DNA of 64,000 nucleotides from a virus. The stretch is from the IMG/VR virus record IMGVR_UViG_3300020583_000010, positions 1-64,000 of that record. One strand, given 5' to 3'. How positions within the stretch are numbered: position 1 is the first letter of the stretch; each line of letters opens with the position of its first letter. Shown in pieces: positions 55,216 through 64,000 of this stretch. The notes below the pieces were generated by a model. It did not search any database, was not told the DNA's origin, and worked only from the letters and a program-made list of their open reading frames with translations. Both the position numbers and the translations under genes were made by a program.

Positions 55216-55656
55216 TTAACCATCGGACTTGGCAATTAGATTAGCTACAAAGTGCTCAGCTTCGAAGTCTGAAGCATTAGCATAGTGAGCACCGCCATGA
55301 CCGCGATGATGAAATTGGCAGAGCCACTCAAGATTTATTGCAGACTCTATCCATTTTCCAAGCTCATCTGGATTACTAACTCCAGGATACTGTTTTTCTA
55401 GAAATTCTAAGTTTACACTATTCTGGAGTGCCCACTCTATGTGAGAATGATGGAGTTCTAGTGGAAGGTCTAGCGTACAGTCTGAAAAGTCTCCGCGCCT
55501 CTTACCCACAGAGCACTGGTATATTTCTGGATTGTTCTTAGTTACTCTATGATAGTGGTCAAAGTCTCGATAGTTAGGATCACTCTCTCTTGCGCCGTGT
55601 TCTGGATAGTGAACGATGTAGTGATCAGACTTAGCCTGATCATGTGCAGCTACCAA
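55216..55656 (-). CDS. HNH-like His/Cys-rich protein
   Basis: LELHH..NLEWLC..HH..G.H. Confidence 0.65.
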   Translation of the reverse strand: MVAAHDQAKSDHYIVHYPEHGARESDPNYRDFDHYHRVTKNNPEIYQCSVGKRRGDFSDCTLDLPLELHHSHIEWALQNSVNLEFLEKQYPGVSNPDELGKWIESAINLEWLCQFHHRGHGGAHYANASDFEAEHFVANLIAKSDG

Positions 55657-56024
55657 CTTATCCCCGCATTCACAACTACTGAACCTTCCATAAGTTTAGT
55701 TATGACTCCTGAGCCAGATTCAACTAGCAGGGCATACTTACCAGTAAAGTAAGTCATTGCCGTAGTGGCGGCAGCTGTCGCAGTGATCTCTATGGTACCT
55801 GCGGCTCCACCTAATATTAAAGACGTATTAGGAGCTGTAGTTCCATCATTTGTAATAGTCAGTATGGGAGATTTATTTATCAAATCTGTCACTACATGAA
55901 GTCGAGCGGAATACCCTGTTAAGTTTACTGGGTTATTATTACTGTCTAGCCACGTGTAAACATAATCATAAGAAGACCCTTGTTCAAATGCAATATTCAT
56001 CAGTGTTACAGGTGTGCTAGACAT
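55650..56024 (-). CDS. BppU-like virion protein
   Basis: EQGS..W..PVNLTGYSARL..Y.L..LMEG.V.V. Confidence 0.7.
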   Translation of the reverse strand: MSSTPVTLMNIAFEQGSSYDYVYTWLDSNNNPVNLTGYSARLHVVTDLINKSPILTITNDGTTAPNTSLILGGAAGTIEITATAAATTAMTYFTGKYALLVESGSGVITKLMEGSVVVNAGISW

Positions 56025-56364
56025 TATTTACCCCCGTGAGCTGCTGACTTCAGTGCTGACCACTCAGCCAAAGCTTTCTTAGCCGCTGCCTGAGTGTCAG
56101 GATGAATCTTCTTTTCGCCACCCATAGGTTTACCAGCAGCCCAGCCCTTGACCACATTGACAGCTATGGCGATAGCCTCTGACTCACTATGACCATGAGA
56201 AATTAGAGCATTTGCTATATGCTCGGTCGTCAAATGTAAGGAGGTAAGTGCCACGGCTTTGGTTTTGTCTTTTTCCATAATGGCTTAGAACCAACTGGCT
56301 GTAGCGTACTAGCTTTCTGCATACTATCTGCTGCGAGCAGTACCTTTTCTAAATCTCCTGACAT
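56024..56364 (-). pseudogene. Virion-associated gene split by an apparent 8-nt insertion (or recoded)
   Basis: ORF 56230-56364 (GGAGG RBS) ends ..WHLPPYI-stop. Removing TGACGACC (56225-56232) fuses it to EHIANALISHGHSESEAIAIAVN. Confidence 0.55.
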
Positions 56365-56519
56365 AAGGCATCACCTCCCAGCATCAGATTTTAAATACTT
56401 CTATCTTCGAGATAATCGGCTAAATCTCTTAATGCCTGAGGACTGTCATACTGCAACCCAGCTAGAAAATCCCTAGTAACAGCGCTCTTACTAGGGATAA
56501 TCGGATATACCTATGCCGT

Positions 56520-57200
56520 CTACCTGTGCTCTTCGAAGGTAGCTGCTACTGTAGCAGGGTACATCTCTGGAGTAGTGTGAACTCCTTCAAGCTCTCCTAT
56601 ATGGCAAGATCTGCTGACCCCCGGATGAACAAATGGGTTTACAGACTTAGCCAGCCTAGAGAGATTCCAATCCCAGCCAGCCTCAGCTCCATTAGCCAGT
56701 CCAGTAGAGTAGTCATGGTCCCATGTGTCCCTTATATGATGTTCCCAAGACTCTTTCCAGGTTCCCCACACTAAAACTTCGAATCTTCTCTCTAGCCTTA
56801 GCTCATCCTGGGTTCCGGCTAGGTTGTAAGTATGTGAGCATATTCCTAAAACATCACTCGGAGTATATACTCTTTTAGCTCTGCCAAAGTACTCCAATAT
56901 GTCATCTGACACTATTATGTCTTCTTCAGCTAGAATAGTGAAGTCAGATCCATTATTAAATGAGTAGTTAAGAGCTCTCCAAGGATTACCAAGAACCCCA
57001 TGCTTGTGGGTATTCTCGTGTATAGTAATGTTTAAGGTAGACTCTTCCATTACTCTAAGCATCTCTGACTGTCTATCACTTGGATCTAAGAATATATCAA
57101 TTTCTGTATTCTCTATTCCGCGTACCCTAGCCCAGCTCTCTAAAGACCTTCTAAGGTAAGGTGCACGTCTATGAGCTGTAAATACTATATTAATGCTCAA
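56520..57200 (-). CDS. GT-A fold glycosyltransferase
   Basis: VFTAHRR..YL, LAEEDIIV, WGTW, GWDW and SRS.HIG. Confidence 0.85.
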   Translation of the reverse strand: MSINIVFTAHRRAPYLRRSLESWARVRGIENTEIDIFLDPSDRQSEMLRVMEESTLNITIHENTHKHGVLGNPWRALNYSFNNGSDFTILAEEDIIVSDDILEYFGRAKRVYTPSDVLGICSHTYNLAGTQDELRLERRFEVLVWGTWKESWEHHIRDTWDHDYSTGLANGAEAGWDWNLSRLAKSVNPFVHPGVSRSCHIGELEGVHTTPEMYPATVAATFEEHR

Positions 57201-58453
57201 AGTTGTTCACCTAGAGGCACATAAGTAATAGTAGAAGAAATGTGTACTATGTACCTAAAGGGATCTACTACTACGCTGCCTTCAGGAAATTTTAGATACT
57301 CAAATGCAGAATGCTTTGTACCCACTAAGTATACGGCAGGTTTATTGAGTGCACTCTCTACACTTTCAGCACCATCTATATACGGGTCTACTTGAGTAGA
57401 GTCTCTTCCCATATAAGATAAAAGATTTCCTACCAGTGTTGCTGGTGAACCGTTTACTAGGTTAGACTCTGGCTTATAGGCCTTACCCAGAATAACTACG
57501 GGCAGTTCTCTACTATCGGAGTAAGAGTACAGCAGGTCAGCTAACCACTGAGCCTGGTCTTCACGAGCTTTCGAGACAAACTCGAAAGGGTCAGCTGACA
57601 ACTCTAAAGTGTCAGCAAGCCAGGACATTGCTATATTATCCCTTGGGTGACAAGAACCACCATCCCCCATCCCTCCGCGCATATAGGTTGGACTTATTAC
57701 ACGCTCTGTAGCTAGGGAAAGTCCATCAATAACGCTGTCACAGTCTGCTCCTATCTTGTGACAGATCTCCATCATAGTGTTTCCAAATACTACCTTCATA
57801 GAGATAAAGCAGTTGTAGGCTACTTTAGTCAATTCTGCTGACTTTATATCCATTATGCATACTGGACGATCATGCACTGTAGAATAGATAGACTTTAATA
57901 GGTTAACGGAACTGTTATCGAAGTTATCATGCCCCACTAATACAAACTCTGGGTTAAGAAAGTCATTAATAGTCGTTCCCATAGCTATAAAGAATGGGTT
58001 ATAAACTAAGTCTACATAAGTATTAAGAACTGGTTTTATATAGGTGTCCATAGACCCTGGCAGTGCAGTTGATATAATTACAAGAGTTATATTCTTCTTT
58101 AGTTCTGCTGCTGCCGCACTTATAGATTTTGCAGCAGTAGATAGCCATGTGTAATTGAAATCCTTCTTCTCAGTAGGCATCAAGGTTTCGCCGCCATAAG
58201 CAGAATCGTGTGGTGTCTGTACGGCGCAAAATACAATATCAACTTCGCGCACCACATCTGCTACTGTACTACAAAGAGTCAGATTATCAAGACTTAACTC
58301 AGATAATCCATTCTCAAAAGGGTTATCATGTAAGACGGCTATATTTTCAGGCGCTATGTCATATCCATATATGATATGACCGCCCTTATCTGCCAGAGCT
58401 AGAGCACAAGGAAGCCCAAGCTTTCCTAAACCTACCCAACCAATACTAGTCAT
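57197..58453 (-). CDS. UDP-glucose/GDP-mannose 6-dehydrogenase family
   Basis: GLGKLG Rossmann motif, VQTP, AELTKVAYN, GGSCHPRD and LGKAYKP. Confidence 0.93.
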   Translation of the reverse strand: MTSIGWVGLGKLGLPCALALADKGGHIIYGYDIAPENIAVLHDNPFENGLSELSLDNLTLCSTVADVVREVDIVFCAVQTPHDSAYGGETLMPTEKKDFNYTWLSTAAKSISAAAAELKKNITLVIISTALPGSMDTYIKPVLNTYVDLVYNPFFIAMGTTINDFLNPEFVLVGHDNFDNSSVNLLKSIYSTVHDRPVCIMDIKSAELTKVAYNCFISMKVVFGNTMMEICHKIGADCDSVIDGLSLATERVISPTYMRGGMGDGGSCHPRDNIAMSWLADTLELSADPFEFVSKAREDQAQWLADLLYSYSDSRELPVVILGKAYKPESNLVNGSPATLVGNLLSYMGRDSTQVDPYIDGAESVESALNKPAVYLVGTKHSAFEYLKFPEGSVVVDPFRYIVHISSTITYVPLGEQL

Positions 58454-59010
58454 ATCACGCCGTCTATCTTATTAGTCCTGAAGTAGTAATGATACATTAT
58501 ACTGTCTACATAATGCTGAGTTTTAATTATCTTCTTAGCTCTCAGAGCCGAAGCCCATCTGCTGTCTTCGCCATCACCACCTGATAATTTCACAGTGGAA
58601 GCTAAGTCTTTACGAATAGGATTTAAATGACTTAAATCCCTATAGTACCCTTTATTATCTTCCCACCAAGAGTCGTATTCTAGCGAGTGATACGTCGGTT
58701 TTTGAGGGTTGCCGTCTATGTACAATTGCAACTGAAAGCCAATATAGTCTACACTACTCAGGTTTGGATATATCTGTTCTACATAATCTTCGGCTACCAA
58801 ATCGTCATCATCTATAAAATTAACATAAGACCCATTAGCGGAGTCTAATAGGTCTTGGCGATTCTCACCCAGTGATATGCTAGTATCATTAGTTTTCACT
58901 GCTAGTTCTATGTCTTGGTATCCTTTTATCTGAGGCTCTAAGACTTCCAACAGCCTAGATAGAAAATCAACTCTCGAAGGCTGAGTTAAAATTAATAAAG
59001 ACCATTTCAT
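58450..59010 (-). CDS. GT2-family glycosyltransferase
   Basis: SLLILT..R, ANGSYVNFIDDDD and GED..W. Confidence 0.88.
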   Translation of the reverse strand: MKWSLLILTQPSRVDFLSRLLEVLEPQIKGYQDIELAVKTNDTSISLGENRQDLLDSANGSYVNFIDDDDLVAEDYVEQIYPNLSSVDYIGFQLQLYIDGNPQKPTYHSLEYDSWWEDNKGYYRDLSHLNPIRKDLASTVKLSGGDGEDSRWASALRAKKIIKTQHYVDSIMYHYYFRTNKIDGVI

Positions 59011-59693
59011 TAGAATGCTGCAATGAACTCTCTAAGCTTCTCAGCATCTAGTTCTCTGTCTCTTTGCATTGACTCATACTTTCCTGTCACGTCATCCGCC
59101 CAATGTCTCACTAGTCTCTCCTGGTGTGTCTTGTCCCAGGTACCTTTACCGGCACAAGGATGCATATGCTCTGTATAAAGGTCTGGTAGAAATACTTTAC
59201 GGCCTATTCTTACTGCTAAGTCAGTCAACCATGTGTCATTGAAGTCTGAGGAAAAGTATGGAGGCACAAAGTACCCTAAAGCCTCTGTCCAGTTTCTATG
59301 AAGGAAGCTATGAGTTGCCAGTGCCTCCCCCTGAATACCATCCTCACCATGAACTAATACTATCTTATCAGGAACTTTTGCGAATTCTGCCTTGACTTGG
59401 CTGTCCCAGTGCGCAGTTCGGAATACTATGTCATCACCACAGTGCATATTTATCTCGGAATTAGAATACTCATAACACTTATTCCACATCTCAGATAATA
59501 CTATGCGTGGTCCTAGGACCACTGTACAGTCTAACTTCCATATCATATCAGCGGATGCTCTGTCATCTTCATCCACATAAAATATGAACTCTACTTCGTT
59601 ATCTGATGTAGATCTAGCGCTATCAACCATACGCTTTATATTATCAGGGCGCTCTCTAGTTGGCGTAAGTAAAGAAATAGTCACTTTGTCCAA
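59010..59693 (-). CDS. GT2-family glycosyltransferase
   Basis: ISLLTPTRER, VDEDD, GDDIVF..WD and EH.H. Confidence 0.88.
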   Translation of the reverse strand: MDKVTISLLTPTRERPDNIKRMVDSARSTSDNEVEFIFYVDEDDRASADMIWKLDCTVVLGPRIVLSEMWNKCYEYSNSEINMHCGDDIVFRTAHWDSQVKAEFAKVPDKIVLVHGEDGIQGEALATHSFLHRNWTEALGYFVPPYFSSDFNDTWLTDLAVRIGRKVFLPDLYTEHMHPCAGKGTWDKTHQERLVRHWADDVTGKYESMQRDRELDAEKLREFIAAF

Positions 59694-60319
59694 GTCTTTC
59701 CACCACCGTGGCCGTAGTCATCACAGTCATCATAGGTAGTCTTATATGCACTACGAGAGGCATGATGAAACACTACAAGCCCTTCTGGATTCATAAAGCC
59801 TTTAGACGCCTGTGATCCTGTTACCTGCAATTCATATTTCACTGTTTCAATAGTGTTTGTACTAAATGAACCAACAAACAACTCAGGAACCATTCCAAGA
59901 CCTTCTACCTCAGAAAGGTTGGTGTCTCTCCATCGCAGTGTGTTAAAAAGTGAGAATCTACGTTCCCCTTTAGTCAACCCATACCCTCGCTGAACTCCGC
60001 TACCCCACCATTCCCCGAAGTGTAGTCCTTCTCCAAGAACTTTGGCTAAGTCTTTGCCATTCTTCTCTACCCAGGAAGCAAATCCAAAGTTATCATCACC
60101 GGGATAGATCAACCGCTTGCGAGATTGGGCAGTCACTCTATAAGTAGAACCACCTACAGTTACTACACCTCTGTCATCTCCCCAGTCCATCATATCATCA
60201 TATGGAATTAAAGGAGTAACATGAACACCGGCATTTGTTCCATCGATTTTTTCCGTAATTGTCATGTCACGATTAAGCCGTGCCAGACTTGGAAATCCTA
60301 CAAACTCTACTTCAGACAT
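59681..60319 (-). CDS. ATP-dependent RNA ligase (Rnl2-like adenylyltransferase domain)
   Basis: TEKIDGTN, FGEWWG and EGLVV motifs. Confidence 0.88.
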   Translation of the reverse strand: MSEVEFVGFPSLARLNRDMTITEKIDGTNAGVHVTPLIPYDDMMDWGDDRGVVTVGGSTYRVTAQSRKRLIYPGDDNFGFASWVEKNGKDLAKVLGEGLHFGEWWGSGVQRGYGLTKGERRFSLFNTLRWRDTNLSEVEGLGMVPELFVGSFSTNTIETVKYELQVTGSQASKGFMNPEGLVVFHHASRSAYKTTYDDCDDYGHGGGKTWTK

Positions 60320-61376
60320 TATTCTCCTTCATAATATCCATCAGCATGACTACACCCATACTAAGGGCGGAAGTATCGTCCGCCATACGAAGTTTTATCT
60401 TAAGATCCCACATTACCCGCATTGCTGCGAATAAAACAGGAGAGGGTATGCGTGCAGCTAGTCTCTCTCTTATCTTAAGAGAGGTGGCTTTATGGGTGGT
60501 CTGTCCGCCTTCTTTAATAACCATTATGTCTCTTATAACCTGTACTAGAGAGTTTAGCACAGAAGTAGGATTACCACTAGTAGTTACTTGATTGTCTAAT
60601 AACTCAAAAGATTTTATAGTGTTTCCCTCTACTACAGCCTCTAATAGATGAGGTGCGTAGTCTGGATTTCCAAACAGCTCTTCATACTGAGCAATAGTAA
60701 CTATATTAGATCTACTTATCTGATCTAAAGTCATCAGTGCATCCCTTAGAGCCCCATCAGCCCTATCTGCTATTCTAATAATAACCTCATCTTGGATCTC
60801 TAACTTCTCTACTTGATTAATCTCATAGAGGCGTCTAGCTATAATTTCTGGGGATACCTGATGGAATTGAAAAGTCATACAACGACTTCTAATTGTCTTT
60901 ATTATCTTGTCTGATTCAGTACTGACTAGTATAAATACTACATTGTCTGGACATTCTTCCAGAGTCTTTAAAAGCGCATTAGAGGCTGCCGTAGAAAGGC
61001 CATGCGCCTCGTCCAGCACCAGTACTTGACAAGTACCTGGTACCGCGTATAGAATCTCTTCCTGGAGTCTTCTAATGTCCGCCACTAGCCCGTTAGTGGA
61101 TGCGTCTATCTCTCTATAGCTCATAGAAGAGTCTTCAAATACTGCCTGGCATGAGTCACACTTACCACACGGTAAGTCACCTTCAGCCTCGCAGTTAAGA
61201 GCAGCCCCTAATACTCTGGCAGTCGAGGTCTTTCCACACCCTCTCGGACCAGTGAGCAGCATTACGGGAGGAGTAACGCCCTTCTCCACCATCTTCTTTA
61301 ATAACTGAGCGACTGCTTTCTGACCTACTATCTCATCAAAGTTCTTGGGTCTATAAGACAAAGCTAAACTTTGCAC
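60312..61376 (-). CDS. dnaX: DNA polymerase III gamma/tau-like clamp loader
   Basis: YRP..F.EIVGQ, GPRGCGKT, PCGKCDSC, DEAH and SRC. Confidence 0.95.
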   Translation of the reverse strand: MQSLALSYRPKNFDEIVGQKAVAQLLKKMVEKGVTPPVMLLTGPRGCGKTSTARVLGAALNCEAEGDLPCGKCDSCQAVFEDSSMSYREIDASTNGLVADIRRLQEEILYAVPGTCQVLVLDEAHGLSTAASNALLKTLEECPDNVVFILVSTESDKIIKTIRSRCMTFQFHQVSPEIIARRLYEINQVEKLEIQDEVIIRIADRADGALRDALMTLDQISRSNIVTIAQYEELFGNPDYAPHLLEAVVEGNTIKSFELLDNQVTTSGNPTSVLNSLVQVIRDIMVIKEGGQTTHKATSLKIRERLAARIPSPVLFAAMRVMWDLKIKLRMADDTSALSMGVVMLMDIMKENNV

Positions 61377-61385
61377 ACTTACCTC

Positions 61386-62060
61386 CTAGAACTCCTGAGC
61401 TACTGTGTATCCATTGCTGTCTAATGAGTATCTATAAGCTTTATCTGCAACTTCTGCAAAGTCTTTTTGGTGTGTGACCATTATTATTTGAACTTTGGCT
61501 TTGTCTACTACCTCTCGTAGAAACTCTGCGAGGACAGGTAGATATGAGTCTGACACGTGTGCAAAAGTCTCATCAAGTACAATGATAGCAGATTTTCTGG
61601 ACTTGTCAAGCAGAAGTACTACTAGTCTAAGTAGAAAGCCAGCTACGGCCGCTATACCTCCGCCCATAGCACTTAGAATGTCCGCCTCTCTGACTCTTCC
61701 GTCTGGAAGAGTTGTCTGTATCAAGAACTCAACTACTGGAGTTTTTCCTTTCACTGACTGCTGTACCTTGAAGTTAAGATTACTACCGAATATCTTCTGT
61801 AGCCCCTGGCTGACTAATAATTCTATCTGTTCTTGGGCTTCTCTCTGCCTGTCCTCGCCTAACTGAGATAATATACCTGCTGCTTTCTCCATAGATTCTG
61901 AAATTCTAGTAAGTTCTTCTATTTCTGTCTTTAATCTAGTATTAGTCTCAGTTACTACTTTTGCTGCTCCAATATCCTGCATTAGCTGCTGCTTTTTATC
62001 AGAGTACAGAGATATTGCCTGCAAACTGCGGTATGACGGCATATATACGTTTCTCCTCAT
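61386..62060 (-). CDS. Rad50/SbcC-like ABC ATPase, C-terminal half (start uncertain)
   Basis: Coiled coil, AMGGG signature, IVLDE Walker B and VTH; no Walker A. Confidence 0.85.
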   Translation of the reverse strand: MRRNVYMPSYRSLQAISLYSDKKQQLMQDIGAAKVVTETNTRLKTEIEELTRISESMEKAAGILSQLGEDRQREAQEQIELLVSQGLQKIFGSNLNFKVQQSVKGKTPVVEFLIQTTLPDGRVREADILSAMGGGIAAVAGFLLRLVVLLLDKSRKSAIIVLDETFAHVSDSYLPVLAEFLREVVDKAKVQIIMVTHQKDFAEVADKAYRYSLDSNGYTVAQEF

Positions 62061-63105
62061 CCTTCAACAACAGAAGTGACTTTCTTGACTTGGTGTCATC
62101 TCCTAGATAGAAATGGCACTCAGTAGACTCAACTGCCCTTACTAAGGAAGTCAGATACTTGTGGTTAATTACTAGTTGTCTATCTTTTCCTGTCCATGTG
62201 GACGGAATAGTATCTGAACACGTGTTGCCGAAGTTGTCTCTAGAGGTAACAGTTACAGACTTAGAAGACAAGTATAAACCTATGGCGTCAGTCTTGGTAT
62301 CTGCATTTATACGGACTCTATCAACTGCTTTTAGTATCTCAGCATGACTAACTATAAACTCTTGCTTATTTTCAAGAGCTGGCCGTAGAAGAATCTGTTC
62401 TACATTTGGAAAACTAGATGCCAATTTCTTAGTTAGCACACAAGTGTTTCCTGCCATGTAGATACAGTGATTAGGAGAATCTGCTAATCCCACAGTAGTT
62501 ATATTGTCATCTTTAACCAATTCCCACACTAGATTTACTGACGAATGTGGGATAGAAGCACTGAAGTCTCTTGGAAATGAATCTCCGAGGGAAGCCTGCG
62601 ACAACCTCGATCCGTCACAAGCAGTCATAGACCCTTTCCGTATGCTCAGCATCCGCAGTGTAGGACGTAGAGGACTGTCAGCTATAGACTTTCGTGTTGC
62701 TCTTATAGCTGACCTGAAACTATCAGCCGACATTTCTACTTGTGGCTTTACTAGCTTTGGAATTTTCGGGAACTCTACTGTGGGTACCTTTATAGTCCAA
62801 GAAGTCATGTCGGCAACTATGGTGACAACAGTACTCTCTAGTGTAAGTTGCAGAAGTCCCTGTGGCGCTAATCTCACAATATCTCTAAGTTTTCCCGCAG
62901 GCACTAGAAAATGGAAAGCCTCCTCAAATTTACCTGGCAGACTAGTTATAACCGTATTTGCCTGGTCAGATGCTGTTACTGTTATCTTATCTTTTTGGAC
63001 TACTACTTTAAAGCACTCAAGGGCCGGGTGACCTTGAGATACAGCACCATAGGCCACATCAATAAGTTGTTTAAAATCTGTTTTAGATATATAAAGATCA
63101 GACAT
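61999..63105 (-). CDS. dnaN: DNA sliding clamp (Pol III beta-like)
   Basis: 368 aa; TASD, FP, ACDGSRL, FPNVEQI and IN.KYL. Confidence 0.88.
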   Translation of the reverse strand: MSDLYISKTDFKQLIDVAYGAVSQGHPALECFKVVVQKDKITVTASDQANTVITSLPGKFEEAFHFLVPAGKLRDIVRLAPQGLLQLTLESTVVTIVADMTSWTIKVPTVEFPKIPKLVKPQVEMSADSFRSAIRATRKSIADSPLRPTLRMLSIRKGSMTACDGSRLSQASLGDSFPRDFSASIPHSSVNLVWELVKDDNITTVGLADSPNHCIYMAGNTCVLTKKLASSFPNVEQILLRPALENKQEFIVSHAEILKAVDRVRINADTKTDAIGLYLSSKSVTVTSRDNFGNTCSDTIPSTWTGKDRQLVINHKYLTSLVRAVESTECHFYLGDDTKSRKSLLLLKDEEKRIYAVIPQFAGNISVL

Positions 63106-63346
63106 CTGCTAATTTCTCTTCAGCTTCGGTCAATAGTGTCTCTACCATATTTTCTTTTTCTTTTAAAAGTTCAGTCAACTCAGTTATTGTAGATATGCCA
63201 TACTTTTCTTTAAGTTGTTTTGTTATTGAGTCTAACTGATCTGTAGCAGTATCTCTGGCTGCCTCTGCCTTCAATCTTGCCAGCTTATGCCTGTCTGCTC
63301 TCTTCTTAAGATCTTCTATACGCTTCTCAGCATCTACTATGTCCAA
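63098..63346 (-). CDS. Small coiled-coil protein
   Basis: Heptad-rich; packed in the operon. Confidence 0.7.
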   Translation of the reverse strand: MDIVDAEKRIEDLKKRADRHKLARLKAEAARDTATDQLDSITKQLKEKYGISTITELTELLKEKENMVETLLTEAEEKLADV

Positions 63347-63972
63347 CTTACTCTCCCGTCGCTCTGGCGCTTAAACTTCTCACACGCATGTGAGACATCA
63401 CAATAGTTTAAGCAGCCAGAGTCACTTTCTTTTGGGGAGACATCGTTTCTCCAAATACTGTGAGCATAATCTATTATCTTATGCATTAAGTTAAGCTCAT
63501 GCTGCTCAGTTATCTCTAGTGGCTTTATCTTCTCTTGGCACATTGGCTGTATTAGAGCCGTCTTACTAGGAGCTCTTCTGTACTTGCCTTTTACCATGAC
63601 ATGGTAAAATACCAGCTGAGCTATAGTTGTCTTGTAATAATTTTCATTCTCTGTCGCCTTTAAATCATAGATCGCCAGCAGTTCTGGCGCATCTATGAAT
63701 ATGTCCAGAATGCCAATCATCTGAATTTTACGCGGTGTACCGTCTAATCCTGGAATAATTATATCTGTCTTTAGATGCTTATCAGCTTCCACATCAGGCA
63801 GATACGGTACGACCAAAGAGTTTAATAAAGGAACTGAATTATCTAGAAGGGTTTTACACCACTCAATAGACTCTTGTTTGTCCGTTCCACTCTTCCATCT
63901 TACTATACCTGACCCACTTTCCAACTGTTCTTGCTGACAGAGGCTTACAAACTCCTCAACACGATCTGCCAT
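63337..63972 (-). CDS. Cas4/RecB-like PD-(D/E)xK exonuclease (N-terminus probably beyond the window)
   Basis: GILD..IYDLK..QLVFY..C...C.....C; the frame stays open to the window edge. Confidence 0.85.
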   Translation of the reverse strand: MADRVEEFVSLCQQEQLESGSGIVRWKSGTDKQESIEWCKTLLDNSVPLLNSLVVPYLPDVEADKHLKTDIIIPGLDGTPRKIQMIGILDIFIDAPELLAIYDLKATENENYYKTTIAQLVFYHVMVKGKYRRAPSKTALIQPMCQEKIKPLEITEQHELNLMHKIIDYAHSIWRNDVSPKESDSGCLNYCDVSHACEKFKRQSDGRVSWT

Positions 63973-64000
63973 ACTCCAGGAGTCACGGTTATCATCCTGT

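Noticed and set aside
63337-63972. CRISPR-associated cas4
   Set aside because: It is a solo phage Cas4-like nuclease in a replication operon, with no array or other cas genes.
1-64000. Stop-codon reassignment or suppressor tRNAs
   Set aside because: Long genes are intact under the standard code, TAA/TAG/TGA all end genes, and no CTA/TCA/TTA anticodon tRNA was found.

Overview
This is a 64-kb internal segment of a large tailed dsDNA phage (siphovirus-like), with almost every gene on the minus strand. An actinobacterial host is inferred from a WhiB-like/ClgR-like regulator, a DUF1906-type endolysin and leaderless promoters. The left ~20 kb holds 19 tRNA genes, a tmRNA tRNA-like-domain-only RNA, a D-armless tRNA-like RNA, many structured inter-tRNA spacers, an intein-containing class II RNR, ThyX, two sigma-70-family factors, a SNF2 helicase and the endolysin. 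The 20-56 kb region is the virion module: tail fibres, Dit, tape measure with an intein in its lytic transglycosylase domain, a -1 frameshifted tail chaperone, tail tube, connectors, capsid, decoration protein, Mu-like protease, portal and terminase with a mini-intein. It also contains three free-standing homing-endonuclease-like genes. The 56-64 kb region holds a glycosyltransferase/UDP-sugar dehydrogenase cluster, RNA ligase, DnaX, half of a Rad50/SbcC, a beta clamp and a Cas4-like nuclease. The strongest unusual signals are four. (i) A tRNA-punctuated RNA system: tRNAs end in N73-C74-G/T instead of CCA, and structured ncRNAs and two paralogous Zn-finger ORFs start exactly at position 75. 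(ii) A mini-tmRNA. (iii) Two promoter classes: host extended -10 promoters and a YCGATKAT late motif, matched by a phage FliA/WhiG-like sigma. (iv) A putative glycosylation pathway. All calls come from motif reading by eye; no database searches were run.
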